64,000 bases of DNA from Chiloscyllium plagiosum (Eukaryota), in assembly GCF_004010195.1 (NCBI RefSeq), contig NC_057730.1, positions 32,552,585 through 32,616,584 of the forward strand, given 5' to 3'. The notes below the pieces were generated by a model, which searched no databases, was not told the origin of the DNA, and was given only the letters and a program-made list of their open reading frames with translations. The first letter of the stretch is position 1. Every line of letters starts with the position of its first letter. Positions 13,255-26,683 of this stretch are shown here, piece after piece. The position numbers and the translations under genes are program-made.

Positions 13255-15051
13255 GTGAGGCCTCATCATTTTTGGATACAAATCAGTCAAGCTCCTCACA
13301 TCAGAGAAGTCAAGCCCCAGTAGAAGAAAGTAAAGAGAGAAAATCAGCAGTGACCTTTAATCTTGAACCGGAAATCATAGAAGTCATCAATAGCCCAAAT
13401 GTGGCTTTGACAAGTACATTTGAATTTGCTGAACAGCCTTCAGCAGAACCCTTCCCTTCCCCAGTTGTGGAAACGATTCCCATCACAAATATAAACAGTC
13501 AAGTACACAGTCGCCTAAAACTGAAAAAAAAGAGGTCATGTGAAGTACTGAGAAAGGAAGCAGCAAGTGAGCAGAATGAATCTCTGGCTGCTGATGGAAA
13601 ATCCTGTGATAAAGAAATAGAGGAACTGAATTCACCTGTTAACAAAGAGTCTGTAAGATCTTCCATCTTTAACAGAGGCAAAAATGTCTCTAAATCAGTA
13701 TGTGGAGGTGTAAAGGAGAATGTGGAGCATAGAATATTCCTTGGTTCTCCTGAAGGTGAAGAACATTTTGAATTATTAAAAAATGGAGTACAGGAGGTGA
13801 AAGGCAATTGTTTAACCTTACCTGTGAGCAGAACTATGAATGGCTCTGTTTACTGCAGTTCTGGTGATAAGTCTACAGTAGTGTCTACTTGTGAAAATAA
13901 AGCTTTCAGACCTAGGGACTTAAAGGTCCTAACTGAAGATGCCCAACAACAGCAAGCAAAGCAAAACTGCTCTGAGGATCTCACTGAAGCTTTGGAGAGC
14001 AATCTTGCAAATGAGTCAGTAATGTTAGATTCAGATTGTCTGCAGGCAAGTACTGCTGTAGCTGAAGTTTCAGAAGAGACCTCACTGAACTCCTGTACCC
14101 TTGTTGAGGGCCTTCTCTTCCCTGTTGAATACTATGTACGAACAACTCGACGCATGACCAGCTGTCAGCGACAAGTGGATCTGGATGCAGTGATTCACAG
14201 CCACTTGGGAAAGTGCAGAAATGGTGGTAAAGGAAGATATAAGAAATCTACACATGAACAGAGCAATCCTGTAAAAGGCTTCCCCAAGGCTGAGGGAGAG
14301 CTCAACAACACATTATTACTTTTTAACAGTCAGGAGGATGGTATTGCTGGATCTGATGCAGCTTCTTCACAGCAGGACTCAATATACCCCTTGAATATTG
14401 ATATTGATTCTCAGGATATTAAATCAAATCCAGAAAAAAGGAGAAACAGTAGTAGAGAAGAATCTATAAAATCCAAGCTCACAGATACTGAAGTGTTTAA
14501 AGATGAGTTTGTAGCATGGACTTTGAATAAACCCAGAATTCCTGATGTTCAATGTGCTATGTCTTCTAAAGTTCAAAGCAAGAAAGAGAGCAAGGAGAAA
14601 GCAAGTAGTTCTTGTCAACCAGTGTCCGATGCTAATGAATTGTGTGGAAGTGCTGCAAATAAGTTGGATGGTCGTGTTTTTTCAAATATTACTGACTTTA
14701 CTATGAAGAGTGCCAGTCTGTCTCAGAATGATTCTGACCATAATGTGGATTCACTACAGAACTCCGAAAGCCAGACCAGTGATATTTTAGTAGGGCCTTT
14801 CAAAGAGGATTCAATTGATCCATCATCAGAGGACACTGTATTGACTCTGTCAGAGCATCATTTAAACCTAAATAGTGATACTGACAGTCAGGAATTGATC
14901 CCAGAGACTCAGCAAGATTTGTTTTTTAGCACAGCAAGGAAGAAGAGTTTCAGAGGTACAAGGCAGTCTTTTCCATTGGGAATTGATTCAAAGACAGAAG
15001 AATCTTTGTGCCAAGTGTCTCAGCCCAAAAGGAGAGTGAGGCTGTCAAAAG
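13255..15051 (+). CDS. PALB2: PALB2 exon 4 (large exon, contains ChAM motif)
   Basis: 1797-nt open frame with SCTLVEGLLFPVEYYVRTTRRMTSCQRQVDLDAVIHSHL (chromatin association motif); AG/GTAAG, phase 1-1. Confidence 0.95.
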
Positions 15052-15899
15052 GTAAGCTCAAAGTAAACTTGCATTATTGAATTTTAAAATATTTGACTGC
15101 AGGTCTCCTGATTAATTGATATTACAGAGTGGATAATGCTTATTAGCTTTTATTTAGGAGAAGGAAAGAGCTTGCATTTCACGAGCACCTTTTCTACAAT
15201 CTTAGGAGGTCTTTAAGCTTTACAGCCAATAGATGTATTTTGTGACATTTAATACAGTAGTCACTATTGTAACGGTTGGAGATCTTGACCAGAGAAATTG
15301 CAGTGATCTTAAGTTGAGCAGATGGGAGTTGAAAGGGATTATGGCGTAATACAAAGGAGTTAAGCATGTCTATTATAGTTATTAATAAGCCCCTAAATTA
15401 CGAGTGTCTTGTGTGTACAACTTGATCTTTAAATAAAAACATTTTTTGCTTAGCCTTATCTTTAATCAAAAAAATAAAATCATGTGCTGACTTATTAAGA
15501 GCCATGACAGTTTGAAAGGTATATGGTTTTTACAACAGTGGGATGAAAATTTAAGTGATCAGATACCAGAAATATCCGCTGTTCGAAAATAGATAATTTA
15601 AGCACTGACCTCCATATTAGAGAGCAAGCTAATGGTAGAGGGATCCTGGTGTCCTTGTTCTATTTGCATCAAAGATGCCTTGCAAGTAGAATTAAATAAA
15701 AACTTAGGTGGTTAGCTCTGACTTGTATATTCAGACTGCCAATGTAATAATTTACTGAATTTCTATGCTTATGGAAGCCTCAGTGTGGTTAGATTGTGAT
15801 TGTGGGGCAGGCTTGGTGGACCAGTTGGCCTTATCCAGCCTGTCAATTTCCATATGCATTGCAATTGCTAATGTATTATGACTTCTGTGTGCCCAATAG

Positions 15900-16256
15900 G
15901 TAACTCTTATCGCAAAACACGTGCCAGCTCTAGGAAGTTCAACACAGGACTTGACGAAGGAACCCTGACGTGTTCAGAACCATTACTGCCTGTCAAAAAG
16001 CCTATCATCAAAAAGCTTTTTCACAGTCTGGAGGTCCAGGATTTTGACCTCCCTGATGAGGAATATGGTCAACTTAAAGAGAAGTTAAGAGCAGAGACAT
16101 TGAAGAAATCATCTCATCCTTTGCAGTACAATATGGTTAATGGTGCTGTGGGAACACAGGTGAAAACTGAGAATTGGGATATGGGAAAATGTGACAGCCC
16201 ACGTTCCCAGGACATCAGTCAAGCTGTAGAAAAACTTGAAGAACACCTGCTACAAA
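15900..16256 (+). CDS. PALB2: PALB2 exon 5 (MRG15-binding FxLP motif)
   Basis: VQDFDLPDEEYGQLK matches human DFQLPDEDFGPLK; acceptor AATAG, donor GTAAGA, phase 1-1. Confidence 0.88.
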
Positions 16257-16629
16257 GTAAGATGGCCCAGTCATTCCCACAAACAAGAGATCTCAGTATT
16301 CTTTAAAATACATCAGTTATGTTTTTTGTTAAATGCCCAATATTTATTCTCTCTGTTAAATTACTTTTTGTTATTAACTAATATATATTGACAGAGTTAG
16401 AAGTAATATTTCATAATGCAGATTTCTCTCCTTACTGTTAGTGCTATTTATAAATCACACCATTCTTGTACAAATCTTTATGTATGTATTAACTACAAAG
16501 TGTGTGCATATTGTGTGATAGTGGTAAAGATATTCTGTGTCAATGTGCAGGCTCAGCCACAGTTCTCCAATAACTGAGGATATGAGTGATCGCGACAGAC
16601 TGCAGGAAATTCCTTAAGATTAAACTCTT

Positions 16630-17910
16630 GGCATCTGACTTGAATGAAAGTAAATTTGAAATTTGGATAGGCTGGCCACCAATATCCACTACAAACCAAC
16701 TGACTCCCACAGTTACCTTGACTATACATCCTCGCGTCCTACTTCCTGTAAAGACTCTATTCCATTCTCCCATCTATTCTGATTATACCAATTTTGACAA
16801 GGGAGCCTCTGAAATGTCCACCTTCTTTCTCAACTGAGGATTTCTCAGCACCATAGTTGATGGCACTCAGCTGGGTCCAACCCATCTGCTGCACTTCACC
16901 CCTCAGCCCCTATCTTCCCTCCCATAACTACAATAGGGTCCACCTTGCCCTCACCCACCATTGCACCAGCATCCACATCCAGAGGATTATTGGCTGCCAT
17001 TTCCACCACAATGCCATGACATACACCACCACCACCAACAACCCACCCCCAGCCTTCTGCAAGGACCATTCCTTCTGGGACACCCTGGACCACTCCTCGT
17101 TCACCTCCCTCTACCACTCCCCCACACAGCCCCATGACAGCTTCACCTGTAACCACAGAAGGTGTAACATCTGCTTGTTTACTTCCTCTCTCCTCAGTAT
17201 CCAAGGGCTCAAATACACCTTCCAAGTGAAGTAGCACTTTCCCTGAACTTCAATCAATCTAGTCTACCATGCTCACCATGTGGTCTCCTGTATATTGGGG
17301 AAATGACGTATATACTGAGTGACTGCTTTGCAGAACATCTACATTCTGTCCACAAAAAAGACCCCGAGCTTCCAGTTGCCTCCCACTTCAACAAACTACC
17401 TTGTCCCTGGCCAACATCTCTGTCTCAGGCTTGCAGCCGTGCTCCAGTGAAGCTCAGCACGAACTGGAATATCAGCACATCATTTTCTGTTTGGGAACCC
17501 TACAGCTCTCTTGACTCGATGTTGAGTTCAACACTTGTAGGACTTGAGTCTCCTTCTCTCATGTCCTTACCCTGACCTCCACATACCAGGCCTTGTTATC
17601 ATGTTGTCTGCTATTACACACTACCCATTTTTAGCCACTATTGGTCCTCATTAGTAAGTATTCATTCTCCTAGGCTGATAGTTATCCACATCTTTGACAG
17701 TCCAACTGTTCTTCCGTCTTTGGGCTCTAAGTCTACCTATCATTTACTCCTTATCTTTCCTGTGCCCCCCCCACAACTTCTGCATTGAGCCAACTTTTTC
17801 CAAGCTACCAACATTGCTGAGAAAGGATCACTGGACTTGAAAAGTTAAGTCTGATTTCTGTCCACAGATGCTGATGACTTGATAAGCTTTTCCAGCAGTT
17901 TCAGTTTTTC
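16630..17910 (+). mobile_element. Degenerate Penelope-like element
   Basis: YKPTDSHSYLDY-like segment, YIGE (GIY-YIG) at ~17290, FAEHLHSV..PVASHFN; decayed hammerhead-like tail at ~17815-17850. Confidence 0.8.
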
Positions 17911-18081
17911 TTTTTTAAGTCTGTTTTGTCAGCTGTCAATGAACATTTAAATCAATGTTTAAATCAAGTAATTTCTCAGTCACTGATTATCATTACTTTT
18001 TCTCATTGCTCCATAATGCAGCATTACATTCAGTATGTTCTGCGTGTGTGTTTATACTCAAGATAAATGATAAATTTATTG

Positions 18082-18274
18082 ATGTGGAAATGCTGGTGTT
18101 GGGCCACGGTGGACAAAGTCGGAAATCACAGCACAACAGATTAAAATCACAAGCTTTCAAAGTGCTGCTCCTTTGTCAGGTGGATGGACCTTCCACCTGA
18201 TGAAGGAGCAACGCTCCAAAAGCTTGTGATTTTAAATAAACCTGTTGAACTATAACCTGGTGTCATGTGACTTC
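18082..18274. mobile_element. Palindromic PLE-tail mini-element with two decayed hammerhead motifs
   Basis: Inverted arms centred ~18188; CTGATGA at 18197 (GAAA mutated to AAAA); direct repeat TAAATTTATTG at 18071-18081 / 18275-18285. Confidence 0.75.
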
Positions 18275-18442
18275 TAAATTTATTGTTGTAATAAACCATT
18301 AAGTAGTAAGTATGATTCTCCTATTTTTGGTTGTTGCCATATATGTGTGTCATTTGATATCTGATACAGAAATATATCACTGTTTCTTCACTGACATTGG
18401 GCAAAATTTTGGAACTCTCTCCCCCCACTACTGTTGAGAGTA

Positions 18443-18663
18443 CAGAGGTCCCCCTGTACCCATGGGGGATACTTTTCCCAACCTGCCGTGGAACCCGAAG
18501 CCGCGGATAGGAGCGAACCCATTCATTTCAATGGGAAATCTACCTTCCCGGCAGCCTCCTTTTCCTTGGTTCCAGAAGGTTCCCTGTAGTATGTTCGGCC
18601 CGCAGGAAACTGCGGGTAACTGAAACTGCGGAAAACGATTCCGCAGATACGGGGGTTGCCCTG
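18443..18663. mobile_element. pogo/Tigger-like MITE
   Basis: TA-CAG...CTG-TA termini; imperfect TIRs CAGAGGTCCCCCTGTACCC vs revcomp CAGGGCAACCCCCGTATCT; CpG-rich interior. Confidence 0.75.
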
Positions 18664-18868
18664 TATCTTCATCTCAGTGGCTGTAGGAGGTCAGGAAAAT
18701 GCCTTATCACATCTTAGAGCATCTGAGGATAGACAATAAATGTTGACCTGGGGGACTTTAAATCTTGAACCTCCATTCTGCAAAATGGATCCTTGCTTCT
18801 GACACTCATGTTCTATAATGAATTTTTAGATAATATATACTAGTCATCCATTTTAAAACTAAATTTGA

Positions 18869-19135
18869 GGGTGGCATGCACAGCGCCAGGGACCTGGGTT
18901 CGATTCCTGTCTCGGGCGACTGTGGGGAGTTTGCACATTCTTCCCGTGTCTGCGTGGCTTTCCTCCGGGTTCTCTGATTTCCTCCCACAATCCAAAGATG
19001 TGAAGGTCAGGTGAATTGGCCATAGTGTTAGGTGCATCAGTCAGAGGTAAATAGGGTAGTGGAAAGGGTCTGTTTGGGTTACTCTTCGGAGGGTCGGTGT
19101 GGACTTGTTGTTTCTATACTGTAGAGAATCTAATC
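18869..19135 (+). mobile_element. HE1-type tRNA-derived SINE
   Basis: B box GGGTTCGATTCC, TGTGGGGAGTTTGCACATTCT core, CR1-like tail ending AATCTAATC; same family as 58200-58475. Confidence 0.85.
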
Positions 19136-19195
19136 ATCATAAGTTGATGCTGATCTTGTGCTGAACTTACTAATTTATGCATGTTTTTCACCTAG

Positions 19196-19692
19196 AGAAT
19201 TTTGACTGTAAGGAACTGAACAGGACTCCAGAAAAACCAGCATTAAATGATGTCGTTTGTCCTTATGGTCAGAAAACTCCAAAACCTACACCTAACCATA
19301 AATTATCTTCCAGTGTTCTGTTGTCAACACCTTCCTGTACTCCACAGTCAGGGCGGGTCCACCAGTGTGAACAAGGTGCAATTAGCCCTGTTTTTCCTTC
19401 GCTTGGTTTCACTCCTGCATTTAGTTCTCCAAGCCTTTCTCAAATCAGCTGTGGAAACCAGAACTCATCCCAAATTGGCACACTACCACATACATGTAAA
19501 GATGTTAAGAATAATAGCAACTGTGATGAAGACTTACAAACATCTGGTGAAGGAGAGGTGCCATTAACAAATGGAAAAGGCACTCCATCTGCAAGGGAAT
19601 ATTTAGAAAAGGAAGAACAACCTGCAGAGTGCTGCCATGTCAATCAGTCAGAGATGGTAAATGAGGATAATGCTGTGGAATTTATTGAAGAG
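19196..19692 (+). CDS. PALB2: PALB2 exon 6 (equivalent to the second half of human exon 5)
   Basis: Open frame with SPVFPSLGFTPAF (human SPAFPILGTTPAF-like); CCTAG acceptor phase 1, GTATGT donor phase 0; keeps the frame. Confidence 0.85.
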
Positions 19693-20307
19693 GTATGTTT
19701 TCTTTTAGTCTGCTGCTTAGTGTTATGGTGAGATCGTTGCCGTTAAGTGTTGTAGTGTAGCATACTGACTCTCTCATCTTGAGTGTTGTTGATAAGGCAA
19801 AACTGCAGAGGTAAAAAAACTATCTGACAAGGGCTAGATCAACTGTTGGACCACTCTACTGAGTCACCCTGCTACAATTTGCCTCCCCTCTGGTGAAAGG
19901 TGTGTGCTAGAGATGTAGAATTGAACGAATACCAGAGTACTTTTTCTTTTGTTTGGTACCTCAGATCTGTTCCTACTGCCGAGGACAGCAATTTCTACTA
20001 GTCATTCTGTGTTACCCACCCTCAACAAAAAAAAATGTGATTATTATTATGTTAAATCTTTTACTTTTATCAATAGTTTCCTAGCCCCCTTCAATGTTAT
20101 CCCAAATGGTTTGGGCCGGATACGGCATTAACAAAAAAAATGCAGTAACTTGGCAACTTTTACTTTACATTTACTTTTGAAATAGAGATGAGAGACTGCT
20201 GACTCACCTAAAGTCTGACAATTCTATACTATTGAATAGATTGTGTATAACAATTCTTTAATGGTGAAAGAGTTTTTTAACTAAATTTTGTGGGATTTTT
20301 TTAATAG

Positions 20308-20397
20308 GAGAATAATGATGCATTGACTCCTCCTCTTGGCAACCAGTTACAGCAAAAGCCAGAGAGGCAAACATTGCACCTAATTTCCAAGATACAG
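20308..20397 (+). CDS. PALB2: PALB2 exon 7 (start of WD40 domain)
   Basis: ...QTLHLISKIQ resembles human NLQLVSELK; TTAATAG / GTTAGT, 90 nt, phase 0-0. Confidence 0.8.
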
Positions 20398-21215
20398 GTT
20401 AGTAAACAGTAGCCAATGTCAGATTATAAATGATAATGTTTTCTTTACAAAGTGACTGAGATACCTATGAAACAACCTGATTTATAAACCCATTCAGAAT
20501 ATTGATCAGTTATATACCTGGATCTAGGAATGATGCCAGGAATTGCAGAAGTATTATGGTGCAGGAGGCCATTTGGTCCATTGTCTACACTGGCTCTTCA
20601 AATAAATATCATTACCTACTGCCAGTGATCCCAGTGCGTTTACATCCCTCCTGTAATGTGGCGCTCAGAACTGCACACAGTACTCCGGCTGAGATGTACC
20701 AGTTGTCTTTTAAAAGTTCAAAATCACTTCCTTTGTCTTGTACTCCATGCCCCTATTAATAAAACCCAGGATACTGTTTACTTAATTGCTCTTTCAGCCT
20801 GTTCTGCCACCTTCAGTGATCTGTACACATATACACCAAAGTTCCTTTACTCCTGCACCCCTTTTAGAATTGTAACCCCTATTTTATCTTCGAATGTTCT
20901 TCTTATCAAAATGAATCACTTTACACTTCTCCACAATGAACCCCATTCGCCACCAATCTGCCCACTCTACAAACTTGTCTACATCCTAGACAGTCCTACA
21001 CTGTCCTTCTCGTAGTTTACTGTACTTCCATGTTTCTCTATTTTGTTGAACAAAGTCCGAGGAAGTATCCATTGTAACAGGAGGAGGAACAATTGTTTTC
21101 TTTTTAAATAAGAAATGTGAACATTTGGTCCTTCAAAAAGGCAAATTTATACCTCCTTTAAGCAAGACCTAATGTAGATACAGAGGAACCTTGATTATCC
21201 AAATGACATGGGCGG

Positions 21216-21894
21216 TGTTATGAAAATGTGGATGTACTATACCTTTAAGAGAGTAAAAGCTAGCAATGACAGCACCAATGGGTTCTCAATAAAATACAAT
21301 GTAACATGTGCTCCAGCTACTGGGGTAGCTAGTTGCCTAGAAACAACAAAACAATTTGAATTTGACCAATCAGTTTAAATTATACCCCAAAAAACATACC
21401 GAATTCCAATCACGTTTGAATTGAGTATATTGACAATCTTAAAAGCCAATGACACAAACCGATACTTTGGGATATAAGAACGGGGAAAATTGAACAGCTG
21501 GGAGGAGAACTGCCACCAGAACTACAACTGTAGTCTGCTAGTCAGAACTCTGAGAGGTACCTGTCTAGAGAAGGAGTTTAGAGAAACCTCAACACTGACC
21601 TGGAGAGACAACCTACCGACGAAGATAAAGAGATTTAGCTGCTGGCTGGTTTTAAAATTTGAATTTTCCAGTAAATCCTAACTGGGAATTTTATCGGATT
21701 AGTATCATAGAAGGGATGGTAAAGAAAGGTTAGAGAAAGGAGGTGTAAAGAGTCGTGATTAATTATTCTCTGTTATACTTTAAGAAATAAAGTTGTTAAT
21801 TTTTACTTGAAAATTTGTAGATTACTGCACGGGATTAATCCTTTATGTGTTGCTGGTTTAAATTAAGCAGGCGGGTTTACCCCATGTCGTAATA
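21216..21894 (+). repeat. 5' LTR
   Basis: Starts TGTTATGA, ends GTCGTAATA; direct repeat of 26684-27379; followed by a degenerate PBS-like TGGGGTTCGGGTCC. Confidence 0.9.
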
Positions 21895-24800
21895 GATTTG
21901 GGGTTCGGGTCCTTGATTTGAACTGGTTTAGACAAATTTTAATAGATTTGGGGTTTGAAAAATCCTAGCAGATTTAACCACTTGCAGGTTAGTGTCCAAG
22001 ATCTTTAAACAAAATGTAGGTGAAGCAATTTGTTTAATTTCAGTGACTTGTGGCTGATTAGATTAAAAGTGAGAGAAGTGGCTCTTAAAATTGCTAAAGA
22101 GGTTCTGGGATTTGAAGATTATTCTCAAATTTGCCAAGAAAGTTTAGAAGGAAACAAAAAGGCCATACCTTTAGAATTAGCAAATAAGTTAGATTCTGGT
22201 TTAACCAAAGCTGAAATTGTGAGTGAGTTACACAAACACTTAGGTGTGTCAGAGAAACAGACAAGTGCAGTAGAGGTAGAAAAACTTAAATTACAATTGA
22301 GAAAAATGGAGTTAAAGATAAACAGAGAAAGAGAAAGTTTTTGGCTGAGCAAGAGGCAGAGAAGAAAGGGAAAGTGAAAGAGAACTTGAACTTGAGAGGT
22401 TTTAACTTAGTCAGCAAAGTCAAGTTAACAGGATGAAAATTAAACGAGAAGGTAGTGATATATATAAATATGTCAAAACGCTGCCACATTTTGATGAGAA
22501 ATATGTTGAAGCATTCTTTATTTCATTTGAAAAATTGGCTAGGCAGATGGAGTGGTCTGAGGATTTATGGGTAATGCTAGTTCAGACTAAACTGGTAGGC
22601 AGAACTAGTGAGGTATTTGCTGCACTGTCAGCTGAGGGGTCAAGACATTATGAAGAGGTTAAACAGACTATCTTAAGTGCTTATGAATTGTTACCAGAAG
22701 CATATAGACAGCGGTTCAGAAACCCAAAGAAGGAACCGGGTCAGACTTATGTTGAGTTTGAAAGAATTAAACCTAGTCATTTTGATCTATGGGTGCATGC
22801 TTTGAAAATAGATATGACATCTGAGGCTCTAAGAGAGATTATTTTGCTGGAGGAGTTTAAACACTCACTTCCAGAGATTGGAAAAATTCATGTGGAGCAA
22901 TAGAAAGTTCAGGAAGTGAGAAGGGCAACAGAATTGCAGATGAGTGCAGGTTGGTGCATAAGATAGCTTCCAGCCAGAATTTTGTCCTGTGAGGGATAGA
23001 AGTTGGGAGAAAGGGAGATCCTACACTACGAAACCAAGAGTAGAGAGCACTGGTAAGAATTTACCACAGGATAAAAAAGAAGCCCAAGAGAGTAGAAAGG
23101 AGGTGAAAGACCTCAGGTATTTCCACTGTAGTAAAGTGGGACACGTAAAGTCACAGTGCTGGTCGTTAAAGAAAGGCACTGTGGGAAAAGATGAGGTAAA
23201 AAAAGCGAAGCCAGTGGCATTAGTGAAGGTAGTAAAGGAAACTGCAAGAAGAGCCTATGAGCTGCAGGAGTGTGCACAGCCTAGGCAGGGGCTGGGTATG
23301 GAGTTAGTACCTGATCTTTACAAAGAATTTGCCACTGTGGGTAAAGTTTACTCAAAGAACAGGGGGAGAAGAACAAGAAGGTATAATTTTGAGATATACA
23401 GCATCTAAACAGTCGCTGAGAGTAAGAGATGAGTGAATATGCAGTCTTTCTGATCTGTTACCCAAGAGTGTGGTAATATGTGGGATAGATGGACAGAAAT
23501 TTAGCGTTCCCTTATGTAACATCAGTTTGGTGTGCCAACTCAAGGCTGTGGAAGTAGCAGTGGGAGTAATTGACAGAGTGTCAGTTCCAAGAATTCAGTT
23601 TATTCTTGGGAATGATTTGGCCGGATCCAAGGTGGGAGCGAAGCCCAAGGAAGACCAAAAAACTGAGGAGTTAAAACAGAAATATCCTGGTATTTTCCCA
23701 GACTGTGTAGTAACCAGATCCCAATATCATAAGTGACAACACAATGCAAAAAGTAAAGAGAAAGATAAAGGAGTTGAGGTTCAGTTAGCGGATAGCCTAT
23801 TTGACATAATAGTGCAGGAAAAACCTGAACAGGCAGAGGGTCAGACAGAAGTGTTTAGTCCTGGAAGGCTAAGAGACAGCAAGACAAGATGATAAAAGAT
23901 ATATATGTGAATGCGTACTCCGAAAAGGAGGCAGAGAATATTCCGAAGGGTTATTACTTGAAAGATAGAATCCTAAGGCAGAAATGGCAGGTTAGTACAG
24001 AGAAGAAATGGGCCGAAGTGCACCGAATTGTATCGTTGGTAGCATACAGACAGGAGGTGTTACGGGTAGCACATGAGCTATCTGTCGGAGGTCACCTAGG
24101 GGTACGAAAGACTCAAGCTAAGGTACAGAAACATTTTTATTGGCCTGGAATGCACAAGGATGTAATTAAGTTTTGAAGTAAGTGTCATACATGCCAAATG
24201 GTAGGTAAGCCACAGGCGGTAATAAAACCAGTACCTTTGTTGCCAATTCCCGCATTTTAAGAACCTTTCACGTGGGTTATAATTGACTGTGTAGGTCCCC
24301 TCCCGAGAACTAAAAGTGGGAACCAGTATTTGTTAACCATAATAGATGTGTCTACCAGATGTCCGGAGGCAATTCCACTTTGGAGTATCAAGGCAAAAAA
24401 GGTGGTAGAGGAGTTAGTAGCTTTCTTCACATGGTATGGGTTACCCAGAGAGATTCAGTCGGACCAAGGGTCAAATTTTACTGCTAGGCTGTTTCAGGAG
24501 GTTATGGATAGGTTAGGTATACAGCACTTTAAATCCAGTGCTTATCATCCTGAATCCCAGCGAGCTTTAGAAAGGTGGCGTCAGACCTTGAAGACCATGT
24601 TGAGAGCATACTGTCAGGATTTCCCAAATGATTGGGATAAAGGTGTCCCATTTGTATTGTTTTCCATTAGACATGCCCCAAATGAATCTACTCAGTATAC
24701 TCCTTTTGAGTTAATATTCGTGCATGAAGTGAGAGGCCCTTTGAAATTAAAGAAAAATTGACAAGACGAAAGTCTGAGATCTCACACTTAGATAATGTAT

Positions 24801-26683
24801 CGGCGGTGAGGGAGAGATTCAATAAAGTAGGTGAGTTAGCTAAACAGCACCTAAAGAGGACACAGTGTGGAATGAAGCAGGTGGCAAATAAAATCTCTGA
24901 AACTTGGACGTTGTCCCAAGGGGATAACATGTTAGTACTGTTACCAGTGATAGGAGATTCCTTCAAAGCCAGGTTTAGTGGTCCCTATTAAATTGAGAAA
25001 TTGTTGAGTCAGGTGAACTATTTAGTTAAGATGCCAGATAGAAAAAAATGGTATTGAGTATGTCACGTGAACATGTTGAAATCATATTATACATGAGAGA
25101 AAGAACTGGACAAACAGGTGTTACCGCCCTGCAGAATGAGGAGTCAAATTCAGATGATGTGGATTTTAATATGCCTTAAAATAGATTTAAAAATGAAGGA
25201 CTCCTTGCAGTGTGGGATACGTTAGTAAGCTATCTGTCTCAGGAGCACAGAACGCAGTTGAAAGATTTGTTACTGCAGTATAATGACATATGAAAGAATC
25301 AGATGGGGAGGACTAATGCTATTGTACAAGAAGTAGACAGGGAATACTGCTCAGATAAAACAACGCCCCTATTGGCTTAATCATTTCAAAGCCAGACAGG
25401 TTCAGATGGAGGTGGAGAACATGCTCGACGAAGACATCATCGAACCAAGCCAGACCAAGTGGAGTTCGCTGATCGTCTTAGTTCCCAAACCAGATGGTCG
25501 CAGCGATTCTGCGTGGTCAACGCCGTTACAAAATTGGACTCACATCCAATTCCTAGATTGGAGGACTGTATCGAGAAAGTGGGACAAGCCAGTTATGTCA
25601 CCAAATTGGACTTAATGTGTGGTTACTGGTAGGTACTTTTATCAGAGACAGCGAAATAAATTTCTGCGTTTGTAACCCCAAATGGGTCTATTAGTTTAAA
25701 GTGATGCCCTTTGGAATGAAGAATGCACCCGCCACATTGCAAAGACTCATGAACAGAGTTGTGGCTGGGTTAAGAAACTGTGCAGTCTATTTGGACGAAG
25801 TATTGATCTTTCGTAAGTCCTAGAATGATCACATGATACAGTTGGCAGAGTTCTTTGAACGACTACGAGAAGCAAAACTGGTGATAAATTTAAATAAAAC
25901 AGTTCTTGGGATGTAACATCGGTCGTGGAAGGTTGACCCCATGGAACGCAAAGACGAAGGCCATCGAGGAATTTCTATGACCAATCTTGAAGAAAGAGAT
26001 GCTTCGATTTTAGGACTCGGCGGATTCTATTGGAAGTTTGTTCCAAACTTCAGCAATGTAGTGGCACCGTTAACCGATTTGCTGAAGAAGAACATGAAGT
26101 TTCTGTGGACAGAACCATACCAGGAGGTATTCGACCATTTGAAATCAATTTTAGCTATACCAAACTTTTCAAAACCTTTTAAAGTCGCTATTGATGTTAG
26201 TGACATTGGAGTTGGAGCTGTACTCCTCTAGGAAGATGAGGATGGGATTGAACTGCCAGTTGGTTACTTTTCGAAGAAGATCAACATCCACCAGAGGAAA
26301 TGCTCAATGGTCGATAAATAACTATTGAGTTTGGTACTGGTCTTACAATATTTTAATGTGTGTGTCATGAACAAAGTATCGGAGACAGTTGTGTACACTG
26401 ACCACAATCCGCTTACATTCTTAGAACACTTTAAAGACAAGAAAATCGTACATGTTGGGGGTCGAAAGAATGTAATTGCAGATGCGTTATTGCGGATTTA
26501 ACTGAGAGTTTAGATGAGATTTGTCTTTATTTAATGTTTTATATATATAAGGTCTATGGGAAGAAATTAAGGTGAACTTATATTAAAGTTATCTATTGGT
26601 TAGGGTAATGTATATAAAAAGTAGCGGAAAAGGAATGAAGCCATCTTTTCATTATGATGGTTCATTTTTTTTAAGGGGGAAGG

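Noticed and set aside
13499-13807. Antisense ORF in PALB2 exon 4
   Set aside because: Shadow of the coding strand with no motifs or splice support.
21899-21912. tRNA-Pro primer binding site
   Set aside because: Only a loose match to TGGGGGCTCGTCCG; too degenerate to assign the primer tRNA.
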